A DNA stretch of 64,000 nt from Bacteroidales bacterium (GTDB lineage Bacteria > Bacteroidota > Bacteroidia > Bacteroidales > UBA10428): contig JAWOJJ010000141.1 in assembly GCA_046481675.1 (NCBI GenBank), positions 3,100-67,099 on the forward strand, read 5' to 3'. The position numbers were made by a program, and so were the translations under genes. Positions 28,801 to 38,567 of the stretch are shown here, piece after piece. Under the pieces are notes generated by a model. It saw only the letters and a program-made list of their open reading frames with translations, did not search any database and was not told the DNA's origin. Each line of letters opens with the position of its first letter. The first letter of the stretch is position 1.

Positions 28801-28873
28801 TCATTGCGAACGAAGTGAAGCAATCCATATCTTGACAATAGATTGCTTCATCCGCTTCGCTTCTTCGCAATGA
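28801..28873. repeat. Imperfect inverted repeat / palindromic element in the secDF-PKD intergenic region
   Basis: The left arm is tcattgcgaa-cgaag-tgaagcaatc. The right arm is gattgcttca-tccgcttcgcttc-ttcgcaatga. The outer 10-mers and inner 10-mers are exact reverse complements, and the central part differs in length. The loop is catatcttgacaata. Confidence 0.8.
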
Positions 28874-28969
28874 CCTGCATACCATTTAGAGTAAAAATAG
28901 TTACCATTAAGCAACCTTTCATAGACTTTGCTCATCTGATTACAAACAACAAAACCAAAACACCAATCT

Positions 28970-30865
28970 ATGAAAAAAGCTATTACTTTATCTGTACTGA
29001 TACTCCTATCAACAGTATGGAGTTTTGCCCAGACAGCAGATTCCGGTGATTTCCCACAGCCGCAATGTCATGCCGGTTTTGAAGTTTACATTCAGGAAAG
29101 CCATCCGCCAACTTATACATTTGTTCCGGAAACTTTCAGTAATGTAGCCGCTTATAACTGGGATTTTGGTAACGGCATGGTTGCTCAGGACAGTATGCCT
29201 TCGGTTCAGTTCAAATCCAGCGGCATGTACGTAGTTTGCCTGGGGGTTACTTATACAGACGGCTGCACTGCATATGCATGCGATACCCTGCATGTTATAG
29301 CCTCTGACATTACATGCCAGGCATATTGGGATGCATATCCTTACCATCCTTACGATTCGCTGGGTATCCTGTTTTCTGACAACCCCGTCATACCATTGGG
29401 TTATCATTACTCATTCGTGGATTTTTCGAAAGGGAACATTGTTCAATGGAACTGGAATTTCGGCGATGGAACCACCTCTTCAGACCCCAATCCACGGCAT
29501 GTTTACGAGAAAAGCGGGATGTATACGGTTTGCCTTGAAATCACAACATCCGACAATTGCGTCAGTACCTTGTGCAACTCGCTAGCCGTGGGAATAACCC
29601 CCCCCTGCAGTCTGACCGGGACCGTGGTAGATTATACCGGGTTGGACGGTTGCGGACTGATGATCAGGCTGGATAACGAAGAAATGCTTGAGCCGGTTGA
29701 GATGGTCCCCAATTTTGTATTGAAACCCGGACAGCGTGTAAGGCTGTCCTATACCGATCTCTTTGACCGGGCAAGTATTTGCATGGCGGGCAGGATTGTG
29801 CGGATCGACTGTATTTCCGAAATCCCTTCAGATACTTGCAAGGCCTTGTTCACATGGCATTCCATACCCTGGATTTCATCATGGCCTCCTGTTTATGAAT
29901 TCCAAAGCCTCGCTCAGGGCAACATCAGTGAAATGGTTTGGGACCTGGGAGATGGAACAACAACAACGGACAGCATTCCTTCACATCGCTACGCATATTC
30001 GGGTTATTACAATGTTTGTCTGACTGTTTATTCACCTGACGGGTGCACGGATACCTATTGTGAAACGGCGTACTTTGAAGGCATCGATCCGCAGCCCGGC
30101 TTGTGCGAGAATTATATCAGACTGACTACCGACATGATCCTCAATGGTCAGACCTGCAATGGCTCTGCAACTGCCACACTGGTAAACAAGTGGGGAAATG
30201 CGGCATGGGCAAAGGATTACCTTTGGTCCACCGGGGATGTCACCCCAACAGTTCACAATTTATGCCCGGGATGGACCTACAGCGTAACTGTTACCGATTC
30301 CGTCGGCTGTGTTGTTACAGGCTCGTTTTATTTCAGCGGAGGCAATGAATATCCTGACTCACTATTTGGGCAGTGGAATTACCAGCAGTACAACAAAGAT
30401 TTTGTTTTCAGTTTGCCCGTTTTTTCAGACACCATTGATTGCATCTGGGATTTTGGTGACGGAAACACGGCTGCCGGAAATTTTGTTAACCACACCTATG
30501 AATCCGATTTGGACCGGACCGTGCTGCTCAACGTATATGACCAGTCGGGCAACCTGATATACAACCAGGAAATTGTTGTCTCACCGGGTAAATCAACGGG
30601 CATTGAAGAACCTGAAACTGCGGCTCCCAGGGCATTCCCCATTCCGGCACAGGATGAACTCTTTATCACTGTGGGCGAAAGCGATGGAATCCCCGGCAGG
30701 ATAGAAGTTTTATCAACCGGGGGCCAGTTGGTGCTGAGCTCGCAAGGTGAAAAACAGGGTGATCGGCTTTACAAGCTTAATATTGCCGGGCTTCCTGCAG
30801 GTTTTTATATTGGAAAACTATCTTACAGCAACGGCCTGACGCATTCATTCAGGTTTGTGAAATAA
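28970..30865 (+). CDS. PKD-domain / SprB-repeat T9SS cargo protein with type-A Por C-terminal sorting domain
   Basis: 631 aa with a signal peptide. Four PKD-like cores are present (NWDFGNGM..., NWNFGDGTTSSDPNPRHVYEKSGMYTVCLEI, VWDLGDGTTTTDSIPSHRYAYSGYYNVCLTV, IWDFGDGNTAAGNFVNHTY). One SprB-repeat-like module is present (CNGSATATLVN...YLWSTGD...LCPGWTYSVTVTDSVGC). The C-terminal sorting domain reads FPIPAQDELFITV...GFYIGKLSYSNGLTHSFRFVK. Confidence 0.8.
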   Translation: MKKAITLSVLILLSTVWSFAQTADSGDFPQPQCHAGFEVYIQESHPPTYTFVPETFSNVAAYNWDFGNGMVAQDSMPSVQFKSSGMYVVCLGVTYTDGCTAYACDTLHVIASDITCQAYWDAYPYHPYDSLGILFSDNPVIPLGYHYSFVDFSKGNIVQWNWNFGDGTTSSDPNPRHVYEKSGMYTVCLEITTSDNCVSTLCNSLAVGITPPCSLTGTVVDYTGLDGCGLMIRLDNEEMLEPVEMVPNFVLKPGQRVRLSYTDLFDRASICMAGRIVRIDCISEIPSDTCKALFTWHSIPWISSWPPVYEFQSLAQGNISEMVWDLGDGTTTTDSIPSHRYAYSGYYNVCLTVYSPDGCTDTYCETAYFEGIDPQPGLCENYIRLTTDMILNGQTCNGSATATLVNKWGNAAWAKDYLWSTGDVTPTVHNLCPGWTYSVTVTDSVGCVVTGSFYFSGGNEYPDSLFGQWNYQQYNKDFVFSLPVFSDTIDCIWDFGDGNTAAGNFVNHTYESDLDRTVLLNVYDQSGNLIYNQEIVVSPGKSTGIEEPETAAPRAFPIPAQDELFITVGESDGIPGRIEVLSTGGQLVLSSQGEKQGDRLYKLNIAGLPAGFYIGKLSYSNGLTHSFRFVK

Positions 30866-30892
30866 CAGATTTCCTGAAGTTAATATAAGCAG

Positions 30893-30932
30893 AGGTCCGG
30901 ATGTTGCAACAGTACATCCGGACCTTTGTTAT
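30893..30932 (+). terminator. Rho-independent terminator of the PKD-protein gene
   Basis: An 11-bp perfect stem, aggtccggatg (30893-30903) with catccggacct (30915-30925), is followed by ttgttatt. The track ORF start at 30901 sits inside this hairpin. Confidence 0.7.
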
Positions 30933-30990
30933 TCTACACCCCATCACAGCCAGTTTATATTTTATTAACTTCGCAGCAATTTTAACCAAC

Positions 30991-31569
30991 ATGCTTCAGA
31001 TAGACAACACCATTATCAGTTTGGATGTAATCCGGTCATGCTTCACCTGTAATCTGAATGCCTGTAAAGGTGCCTGTTGCGTAACCGGTGATTCCGGAGC
31101 ACCTTTGGAGCCAGGCGAGGCAGAAATTCTCAAAGAAATATTCCCGGTTATTAAGCCTTACCTGAGTGAAGTATCTGTAAAAACCATTGAAGAACAGGGC
31201 ACCTCTGTTATTGATTTTGAAAAGGACACAGTAACTCCGCTGAACAATGGAAAAGAATGCGCTTATGTGGTGTTTGAAAACGGCATTTCCTGCTGTGCGA
31301 TAGAAAAAGCTTACAAAGACGGCCTGATTACTTTCCGCAAACCGGTATCGTGCCACCTGTATCCGATCAGAATAAAAAGGTATCGCGATTTTGACGCGGT
31401 CAATTACGACCGGTGGGAAATATGTAAAGATGCCATTGAACTGGGCGACCAGATCAACAATCCGGTTTACAAATTCACGGGCGAAGCCCTCATCCGCAAA
31501 TACGGGAAAGCATGGTACGACATGCTTGAAGTTGCGGCCAATGAGCTTACCATAGAGCAGAATCCCTGA
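30991..31569 (+). CDS. DUF3109-like Cys-rich conserved protein
   Basis: I take the start at the ATG at 30991 (MLQIDNTIISLDVIRSCFTCNLNACKGACCVTGDSGAPLEPGE...). The upstream 30 codons of the track ORF overlap the terminator hairpin. The cysteine pattern and length resemble the DUF3109 family as I remember it. Confidence 0.6.
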   Translation: MLQIDNTIISLDVIRSCFTCNLNACKGACCVTGDSGAPLEPGEAEILKEIFPVIKPYLSEVSVKTIEEQGTSVIDFEKDTVTPLNNGKECAYVVFENGISCCAIEKAYKDGLITFRKPVSCHLYPIRIKRYRDFDAVNYDRWEICKDAIELGDQINNPVYKFTGEALIRKYGKAWYDMLEVAANELTIEQNP

Positions 31570-31914
31570 ATCAATATCTTCCGGACAGCCGGATAAAACG
31601 TATTACTGATCCTGAATCCACCAACAGTCGAGAACCGTCAATTTAACGATTTGAAAAATTGCTTCCACCCTTTCAGGGCGTAAGCTTTTCTTAGCTTGAC
31701 GGCTATGTAATCTGCCTGATCTGCATATTCTTCCTGAAAGCAATATACCGTTTAATAAAGCCGATGCGGATCAAATTTTCGTTTGACCCAATCAGTTTTT
31801 ATAAATAATTCATATTTTTTCATGTTTACCCTGTTTTTTTCCGAGTATTTTCTATTTATTTAATTATTTTCTTAAAATAAGTCATTTTTTTAAGGGGTAT
31901 ATTAAATTATTTTG

Positions 31915-31922
31915 TATTTTTG
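31915..31922 (+). promoter_or_regulatory. Candidate Bacteroidota -7 promoter box (TAnnTTTG) for glnA
   Basis: tatttttg matches TAnnTTTG exactly, 28 nt upstream of the glnA ATG and within a very AT-rich stretch. Confidence 0.3.
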
Positions 31923-31949
31923 TTGCCATAACCACAAATAAAAATCTAT

Positions 31950-34139
31950 ATGGCAGCAATTCGTTTTTCGGCTCTCGCCACCGCCTTTGAAAGAGAGATC
32001 AAGCCTTATTCAAAACCCAAAGCACCCGTCTCGGAATATTTTGGCTGTAATGTTTTCGACAAGAAAAAAATGAAAAAATACCTGTCGAATGAAGCCTATG
32101 CCCACGTACTTGATGCCATTGAGCAGGGTGCTAAAATCGACAGGAAGATTGCGGACCAGATTGCCTCGGGCATGAAATCCTGGGCTGTTGAAATGGGAGC
32201 CACTCATTACACCCACTGGTTTCAACCGCTGACTGAAAGCACTGCAGAAAAGCACGATGCTTTCATCGATTTCACCGATGACGGCCAGGTAATCGAGTCG
32301 TTTTCCGGAAAATTACTTGCCCAGCAGGAGCCCGACGCCTCCAGCTTTCCCAGCGGGGGTATCCGGAACACATTTGAAGCCAGGGGCTACACTGCATGGG
32401 ACCCTTCGTCGCCTGCCTTTATTATTGGTAACACATTAAGTATACCCACAATATTCGTTTCCTATACAGGGGAAGCGCTCGATAACAAGACTCCCCTGCT
32501 AAAAGCCCTTTATGCTGTTGATAAAGCTGCCGTGGATGTTTGTCAGTATTTCGACAAGGATGTGAACAAGGTAATTGCCACCCTGGGCGTGGAACAGGAA
32601 TATTTTCTCATTGATGAAGCTTTATACAACGCACGTCCCGACATCGTGCTAACCGGCAGATCGCTCATGGGCCATGCCTCGGCAAAAGACCAGCAGCTGG
32701 AAGACCACTATTTCGGTTCCATTCCCGAACGCGTTACGGCTTTTATTGATGAACTTGAAACGGAAGCTTATAAGCTGGGCATTCCCATCAAAACACGTCA
32801 TGATGAAGTGGCTCCCAACCAGTTTGAGAGCGCTCCCATTTTTGAAGAATGCAACCTGGCCGTAGACCACAACGTGCTGTTCATGGATATGATGCGCCGC
32901 ATTGCACGCCATCACAAGTTTGCCATACTGCATCATGAAAAACCGTTCAACCACATAAACGGTTCAGGCAAGCATTGCAACTGGGCACTGGCAACCAACA
33001 CCGGCGTGAACCTGTTTTCACCGGGAAAGAATCCCAAAAGCAATCTGCAGTTTTTAACTTTCCTTGTGAACACACTGAAAGCAGTGCATAAACATGCCGA
33101 CTTGCTCAGGGCCAGCGTAGCTTCTCCCGGTAATGCCCACCGCCTGGGTGCCAATGAAGCCCCTCCCGCCATCATTTCGGCATTTATTGGTAACCAACTC
33201 ACCGAAATGCTGAATGAGCTGGAGAAAAAAGTGAGCAATCACAAAATGTCGCCTAACGAAAAGACCGAACTGAAACTAAATGTAATTAAGGTTCCCTCTA
33301 TATTGCTTGACAACACCGACAGAAACAGAACTTCACCCTTTGCCTTCACCGGCAACAAGTTTGAATTCAGGGCCGTGGGTTCATCTGCAAGTCCGGCCGT
33401 ATCCATGATTGCACTAAACTCTGCCATGGCTGAACAGCTGAAAGAGTTCAAAAAAGATGTGGATAAGCTCGTTGAAAAGGATGTTAAGAAGGATGAAGCC
33501 ATCTTCCAGGTATTGAGAAAGTACATTACCGATTCAAAGCCCATTCGCTTCGAGGGCAACAATTACAGTGAAGAGTGGAAGAAAGAAGCCAAAAAGCGCG
33601 GACTTACCAACATCAGCAACCCGGTTGAAGCATATGATGCCTACCTCTCGCCAAAGTCAATGAAACTGTTTACTTCGCTTGACGTGATGACGGAACGCGA
33701 AAACGAGGCACGGACTCACATTCGCTGGGATTATTACACCAAGCGCATTCAGATTGAAGCACGTGTGATGGGTGACCTGGTGATGAATCATGTTGTTCCC
33801 GTTGCCATTCGTTACCAGAGTGAACTCGTTGAAAATGTAAAAGGCCTTAAGGAACTCTTTGGCGAAAAGGAATTCGAGGAACTTGCCGGCGCCCGGCTGG
33901 AATTGATTAAAAACATTTCATACCATGTTAGTTACATCAAAGCCAAAGTAGCCGAGATGATTGAAGCACGCAAAGTAGCCAATAAGATTGAAAATGAACG
34001 TGAAAAAGCCATGGAATACTCAACTAAGATTTTCTGCTACCTCGATGATATCCGATATCATGTAGATAAGCTGGAACTTATTGTGGATGACGAGTACTGG
34101 CCTTTACCCAAGTATCGTGAACTGCTTTTTATCCGCTAA
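31950..34139 (+). CDS. glnA: Glutamine synthetase type III (GSIII)
   Basis: 729 aa, the characteristic GSIII length. The N-terminus ...EYFGCNVFDKKKMKKYLSNEAY...SWAVEMGATHYTHWFQPLT and the blocks EVAPNQFE and HEKPFNHINGSGKHCNW match Bacteroides-type GSIII. Confidence 0.92.
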   Translation: MAAIRFSALATAFEREIKPYSKPKAPVSEYFGCNVFDKKKMKKYLSNEAYAHVLDAIEQGAKIDRKIADQIASGMKSWAVEMGATHYTHWFQPLTESTAEKHDAFIDFTDDGQVIESFSGKLLAQQEPDASSFPSGGIRNTFEARGYTAWDPSSPAFIIGNTLSIPTIFVSYTGEALDNKTPLLKALYAVDKAAVDVCQYFDKDVNKVIATLGVEQEYFLIDEALYNARPDIVLTGRSLMGHASAKDQQLEDHYFGSIPERVTAFIDELETEAYKLGIPIKTRHDEVAPNQFESAPIFEECNLAVDHNVLFMDMMRRIARHHKFAILHHEKPFNHINGSGKHCNWALATNTGVNLFSPGKNPKSNLQFLTFLVNTLKAVHKHADLLRASVASPGNAHRLGANEAPPAIISAFIGNQLTEMLNELEKKVSNHKMSPNEKTELKLNVIKVPSILLDNTDRNRTSPFAFTGNKFEFRAVGSSASPAVSMIALNSAMAEQLKEFKKDVDKLVEKDVKKDEAIFQVLRKYITDSKPIRFEGNNYSEEWKKEAKKRGLTNISNPVEAYDAYLSPKSMKLFTSLDVMTERENEARTHIRWDYYTKRIQIEARVMGDLVMNHVVPVAIRYQSELVENVKGLKELFGEKEFEELAGARLELIKNISYHVSYIKAKVAEMIEARKVANKIENEREKAMEYSTKIFCYLDDIRYHVDKLELIVDDEYWPLPKYRELLFIR

Positions 34140-34168
34140 AAGAAATCAGGGTTAGTGTGATTTTTAAG

Positions 34169-34195
34169 AAGGCCGGCGCTATGCCGGCCTTTTTT
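34169..34195 (+). terminator. Rho-independent terminator of glnA
   Basis: The sequence is aaggccggc-gctat-gccggcctt (9-bp stem) followed by tttt. Confidence 0.8.
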
Positions 34196-34261
34196 CGTGC
34201 TGTTTTACATTTCCTTTATACCCTGTGCATATCTTCTTTTTACTATATTTGTTCTATATAC

Positions 34262-34269
34262 TATTTTTG
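34262..34269 (+). promoter_or_regulatory. Candidate -7 promoter box (TAnnTTTG) for the OmpA-family gene
   Basis: tatttttg lies 51 nt upstream of the ATG at 34320. A second exact match, tatatttg, lies at 34245-34252. Confidence 0.3.
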
Positions 34270-34319
34270 TATACGAACCTTGCATTTTGATCCGTTTATC
34301 TTTAGTAAAAAAGAACGAT

Positions 34320-36311
34320 ATGAAATCCGTCAGATATGTTTTGATATTTTGTATTATAGCCGTATTCTCCCAACTGGCAACAGCACAGGGAAAAAAAGCC
34401 AGCAAAGCCTACGCCACCTTCAATGCCGGCGAATATTACGTTGCTGTTGACCAGTTTAAGGATGCTTATCAGAACACCACCGATAAAAAAGAAAAACTGA
34501 AAATTGCTTATCACATTGCCGAGTGCTACCGCAGGATGGACAATTCGCCTCAAGCTGCATTGTGGTTTGGGAAGGTAGTTGCCAAGGATTATGAAAATCC
34601 GCTGTCCGTTCTTTACTATGCAGATGCTTTGAAAATGAACCAGAACTATGAGGAAGCCAAAGCGCAATACCAGCGTTACAAAGAGCTTGTGCCTGATGAC
34701 CCGCGCGGATCCGATGGAATTCTTTCCTGTGATTTTTCGCTGCAATGGATGGATCAGCCCAGCGGCTACCAGGTTGAGGACATGAAATTCATCAATTCAA
34801 AATTCAGCGATTACAGTCCCTTTTATTCCCGTGGAGATTACCAGGAATTGTACTTCACTTCCTCACGCGATGAAACAACCGGTAACGCCGAACACGGAGG
34901 TACCGGGCAGGAATTTGCGGACATCTTCTTCTCCACCATGGATAAAAAAGGAAAATGGAGTACTCCTGTTCCCCTTACAGATCCGGTTAACACTGAAGCT
35001 GAAGAAGGCACACCTGTGTTTTCCGCTGATTACAATACCCTGTATTTTACCCGGTGCAATGTGAGCAAGCGCAAAGCCCTGGGGTGCGAGATATTTACCG
35101 CACGCCGCGAAGGCGACAAATGGTCAAATGTTGAGTCACTGAAACTGGCAGATGACAGTGTTGTGGTTGCACACCCGGCCATTTCAGCAGACGAGCTCAC
35201 ACTGTATTTTGTATCAGACATGGCAGGCAGCATGAAATCGCCCGAAGGAAAAAACAGCAAAGACATTTGGATGGCAACCCGTTCTGCCAAAGGATCTGAC
35301 TGGAACCCTCCTGTAAATGTTGGAGACCCCATTAACACACCAGGTGATGAACTGTTTCCTTTTTTGCATGCTGACGGCTCCCTGTATTTCTCATCAGACG
35401 GGCATATTGGTATGGGAGGCCTTGATATTTACAAGGCAGTGAAGAGTGAGAACGGGCAATGGCAGGTGGAAAACATGAAATACCCGGTTAATTCAGCAGC
35501 TGATGATTTCGGCATTGTGTTTGAAAAAGACCGTGAAAGCGGATACTTTTCCTCAACACGCAAGGGAAAAACCATGGATGATATATTTGCATTCGTGCTT
35601 CCTCCGCTTAAATTCACCCTTGTTGGCGTAGTAAAAAACGAAAAAACCGATGAAATCATCCCCGATGCGGTGATTAAATCCATAGGGAGCGATGGTATCA
35701 CAATCGACACCAAATCGGGCAAAGACGGCTTGTTCCGCTTTACATTGAAACCCGGTACGGATTATGTGTTTATTGCAGAGAAAACGGGATTCCTTAAAGG
35801 CAAAGAAAGGGAAACCACCAAGGGCATTTCACAAAGCACAGAGTTCAAAACAGAAATATTCCTGGCCTCTATTGAAGCCCCTATTGAAGTTGAGAATATT
35901 TTTTTCGACCTGGACAAGGATGCATTAAGGCCCGAATCCATGGTTTCACTTGACAAGCTGGTTGAAACCCTGAATGACAACCCGAATATCGTTGTCGAAT
36001 TGGGTTCACACACCGATGCCCGCTCAACGGATGCCTATAACCTGGACCTCTCAAAGCGCAGAGCCCAGTCGGTTGTGGATTATCTCATTCAAAAGGGAAT
36101 AGCTCGTGACCGCCTTGTAGCCAAAGGATACGGTGAATCACAGCCCAAAACCGTTGATAAAAAAGACCATGCAGCATACTCATTCCTGCCGGTTGGCACT
36201 GTTCTTTCTGAGAACTTCATCAACAGCCTGGGTGACGACGACCGCATGGAGATGGCGCACTTCCTGAACCGGCGTACCGAGTTCAAGGTATTAAGAACTG
36301 ATTATAAGTAG
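34320..36311 (+). CDS. OmpA-family peptidoglycan-associated protein (TPR + PD40/TolB-like repeats + carboxypeptidase-regulatory-like + OmpA_C)
   Basis: I take the start at the ATG at 34320 (MKSVRYVLIFCIIAVFSQLATAQ); the track ORF extends spuriously across the glnA terminator.
- TPR-like N-terminus.
- PD40-like repeats (ELYFTSSRD, TLYFTRCN, LTLYFVSD, SLYFSSDG...GGLDIYKA).
- OmpA C-terminal domain (NIFFDLDKDALRPES...ELGSHTDARSTDAYNLDLSKRRAQSVVDYL...NRRTEF). Confidence 0.85.
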   Translation: MKSVRYVLIFCIIAVFSQLATAQGKKASKAYATFNAGEYYVAVDQFKDAYQNTTDKKEKLKIAYHIAECYRRMDNSPQAALWFGKVVAKDYENPLSVLYYADALKMNQNYEEAKAQYQRYKELVPDDPRGSDGILSCDFSLQWMDQPSGYQVEDMKFINSKFSDYSPFYSRGDYQELYFTSSRDETTGNAEHGGTGQEFADIFFSTMDKKGKWSTPVPLTDPVNTEAEEGTPVFSADYNTLYFTRCNVSKRKALGCEIFTARREGDKWSNVESLKLADDSVVVAHPAISADELTLYFVSDMAGSMKSPEGKNSKDIWMATRSAKGSDWNPPVNVGDPINTPGDELFPFLHADGSLYFSSDGHIGMGGLDIYKAVKSENGQWQVENMKYPVNSAADDFGIVFEKDRESGYFSSTRKGKTMDDIFAFVLPPLKFTLVGVVKNEKTDEIIPDAVIKSIGSDGITIDTKSGKDGLFRFTLKPGTDYVFIAEKTGFLKGKERETTKGISQSTEFKTEIFLASIEAPIEVENIFFDLDKDALRPESMVSLDKLVETLNDNPNIVVELGSHTDARSTDAYNLDLSKRRAQSVVDYLIQKGIARDRLVAKGYGESQPKTVDKKDHAAYSFLPVGTVLSENFINSLGDDDRMEMAHFLNRRTEFKVLRTDYK

Positions 36312-36329
36312 CTGATTCCGGTTGTGATG

Positions 36330-36344
36330 CCCTTTTTCAAAGGG
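36330..36344. terminator. Small hairpin between convergent genes (possible shared terminator)
   Basis: The sequence is cccttt-ttc-aaaggg, a 6-bp stem with a 3-nt loop, between the stops at 36311 and 36347. The stem is short, so this call is weak. Confidence 0.35.
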
Positions 36345-36346
36345 TG

Positions 36347-36865
36347 CTACCAATCAGGAAAAGTCATGTCTGAAACAGCAATGTCAGTGGTGGTTTCTAC
36401 ATTGCTTTTGTTGCCCGCCCGGTCAGTTATGTAAAAGTCATACCGAATGGTATCAAAAGGCGGCGGCAGGAAATATACTATAGTCAGCTGTATTTCTCCT
36501 TTAACGGTTGTATTTCCGCTTGTGCGATCCATTTTTTCATCCCTGAGAATGGGATACCAGCGGCCATAGGTCCTGAAATCCACTGAATCGTACCGGCCAT
36601 CCAGCTTCTGATAAGGATGCAAATAAAGATTGGCTGTGTCAGGATTTTCAAGCGTGCGATCAATGCCAAAATCAGCATCGCCGTCTTTAAAAGTAAACGC
36701 GAGAATGGCCCCCGGTCGTTGAATGCCGTAAGTATCAACCATGACGGGTGTATAGCTCTTGAATTCTATTTCAGGCACTTCGCCAACCTTTTCAATAGGC
36801 TCACAGGATGTATAAATCAGGGCCAGAACAATGAAAGCCGGAATGATGTATTGCAACGGTTTCAT
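36347..36865 (-). CDS. Hypothetical lipoprotein
   Basis: The track start is a TTG codon; the ATG at 36865 gives MKPLQYIIPAFIVLALIYTSCEP (lipobox). I recognise no family. Confidence 0.55.
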   Translation of the reverse strand: MKPLQYIIPAFIVLALIYTSCEPIEKVGEVPEIEFKSYTPVMVDTYGIQRPGAILAFTFKDGDADFGIDRTLENPDTANLYLHPYQKLDGRYDSVDFRTYGRWYPILRDEKMDRTSGNTTVKGEIQLTIVYFLPPPFDTIRYDFYITDRAGNKSNVETTTDIAVSDMTFPDW

Positions 36866-36913
36866 AACCAATGATTATCTTTTGAAATTAATGCCACAAA
36901 TTACAAGCCAAAG

Positions 36914-38218
36914 CTATTTTTCCCTCATAAAAATCTGAATCGGAACACCGGTAAATTCAAAATGCTGCCTGATCTGATTCTCCAGGTATCGCTTATACGG
37001 TTCTTTCACATATTGGGGAAAATTACAGAAAAAGGCAAAAGCCGGGGCATACGTCGGTAATTGGGTAACATACTTGATTTTCACGTACTTTCCTTTAATG
37101 GCCGGAGGTTGATAATCTTCGATAACCTTAAGCATGACATCGTTCAGCACAGAAGTCGGTATCTTTCTGATGCGGTTGGTATGTACCTCCATGGCTCTCT
37201 CCATAACCTTATGAATACGAACCTTATTCAGGGCTGAGATAAAAACCACAGGCACATCGCGGAACGGAGCAATCTTTTCAAAAATAATCTTTTCATAATC
37301 TCTTGCCGTATTGGTCTTCTTCTCCAGGGTATCCCACTTGTTGACCAATATCACCAGCCCTTTGTTATTCCTGTGTATGATGTTCAGAATCGCCAGATCC
37401 TGCGACTCTATTCCTGAGGTTGCATCAATCATCAACAGGCACACATCTGAGTTCTCAATGGTTCTGATCGACCGCATTACCGAATAGAACTCAATGTTCT
37501 CCGAAACCTTTCCTTTCTTTCGGATGCCGGCTGTATCCACCAGGAAAAAATCGTAATTGTACTTTTTATAGCGTGTAAAAATCGAATCGCGTGTGGTTCC
37601 GGCAACGGGAGTAACTATGTGCCTTTCTTCATCAAGCAGGGCATTGATCAGGGTGGACTTACCCACATTAGGTCTGCCGACAACAGCAATGCGGGGCAGA
37701 TCAGGCTGTTCCTCAATCGGCTCACCGGAGAAAGAAGCTACCAGGTCATCAAGTAATTCACCCGTTCCGCTTCCGTTAATGGATGAAAGCTTATAAAGTT
37801 CCCCAAAACCCAACCTGTAAAACACGTCGGCTTCATACTGCTGCATGTTGTTATCCACCTTGTTAACAACCAGAAAGACTTTTTTAGACCCCTTGCGCAG
37901 AAGCCCGGCAACTGTTTTGTCCATATCCATAATGCCGTCCCTTACATCAACCAGGAACACCAGGACATCTGATTCTTCAATAGCCAGCAGCACCTGTTTG
38001 CGGATCTCTTCTTCAAAAACATCATCGGAGCCTTCCACGTAACCACCGGTGTCAATCACTGAAAACTCAACACCGTTCCAGATTGATTTACCATAATGCC
38101 TGTCGCGTGTCACTCCGCTGGTTTCGTGAACAATGGCCTCTCGTTTTTCGATCAGGCGGTTAAACAATGTGGATTTACCAACATTGGGCCTTCCTACTAT
38201 GGCAACTATATTACTCAT
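36914..38218 (-). CDS. der: Ribosome-biogenesis GTPase Der (EngA), double GTPase domain + KH-like domain
   Basis: The start is at the ATG at 38218 ([22 protein letters not shown]). A second G domain is present ([20 protein letters not shown]), together with DTAG/DTGG and NKVD/NKWD motifs. Confidence 0.93.
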   Translation of the reverse strand: MSNIVAIVGRPNVGKSTLFNRLIEKREAIVHETSGVTRDRHYGKSIWNGVEFSVIDTGGYVEGSDDVFEEEIRKQVLLAIEESDVLVFLVDVRDGIMDMDKTVAGLLRKGSKKVFLVVNKVDNNMQQYEADVFYRLGFGELYKLSSINGSGTGELLDDLVASFSGEPIEEQPDLPRIAVVGRPNVGKSTLINALLDEERHIVTPVAGTTRDSIFTRYKKYNYDFFLVDTAGIRKKGKVSENIEFYSVMRSIRTIENSDVCLLMIDATSGIESQDLAILNIIHRNNKGLVILVNKWDTLEKKTNTARDYEKIIFEKIAPFRDVPVVFISALNKVRIHKVMERAMEVHTNRIRKIPTSVLNDVMLKVIEDYQPPAIKGKYVKIKYVTQLPTYAPAFAFFCNFPQYVKEPYKRYLENQIRQHFEFTGVPIQIFMREK

Positions 38219-38543
38219 TAGGCAACGCAGCATTAGGTTCAAACTCAAAATCAATGGCTGTCCTGTTTTGCTTTACATTGGCAATATAATTACCAACCTC
38301 TGTGTGAGCGGGATGTTGCAGATAAGCATCAAGATCAGACCATGATCTGAACTCGGATACCATAACCACGTCATAATTGCCATTGGGAGCCAGCGGTGAA
38401 TTGAAATACACTTCCATAGAAAAGATTTCACGTATACTTTCCTTCAAATCGAGTAACCTGGACTTCATCTCTGCCATCCGTTCAAATTTTGATCGTGGAG
38501 TCTCTCCTTCTTTTACTGCCCACATCACTGTATGCTTTATCAT
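38211..38543 (-). CDS. Dabb (stress-responsive alpha/beta-barrel) domain protein
   Basis: The track start is a TTG codon; the ATG at 38543 gives [13 protein letters not shown]..., typical of Dabb proteins (~110 aa). Its stop overlaps the der start by 8 nt. Confidence 0.65.
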   Translation of the reverse strand: MIKHTVMWAVKEGETPRSKFERMAEMKSRLLDLKESIREIFSMEVYFNSPLAPNGNYDVVMVSEFRSWSDLDAYLQHPAHTEVGNYIANVKQNRTAIDFEFEPNAALPNE

Positions 38544-38567
38544 CCTGACTGTTTTTTGCAAAGGTAG

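Noticed and set aside
28843-29049. A 68-aa plus-strand ORF spanning the right arm of the palindromic element and the start of the PKD gene.
   Set aside because: It begins in the inverted repeat, overlaps the real start at 28970 out of frame, and has no coding features.
30901-30990. The N-terminal 30-codon extension of the DUF3109-like ORF given in the track.
   Set aside because: The proposed ATG lies inside the 11-bp terminator hairpin of the upstream gene. The extension has no conserved look. The ATG at 30991 starts the Cys-rich conserved part.
31570-31949. A possible riboswitch or leader RNA in the 380-nt region upstream of glnA.
   Set aside because: I could not recognise any known conserved riboswitch core. 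Glutamine riboswitches are, as far as I know, cyanobacterial or marine. I found only weak 5-bp hairpins. The region is mostly AT-rich promoter-like sequence.
34157-34319. ORF-track starts at 34157 and 34197, which would extend the OmpA-family gene or create a 97-aa ORF.
   Set aside because: They run through the glnA terminator and the AT-rich promoter region. A clean signal peptide begins at the ATG at 34320.
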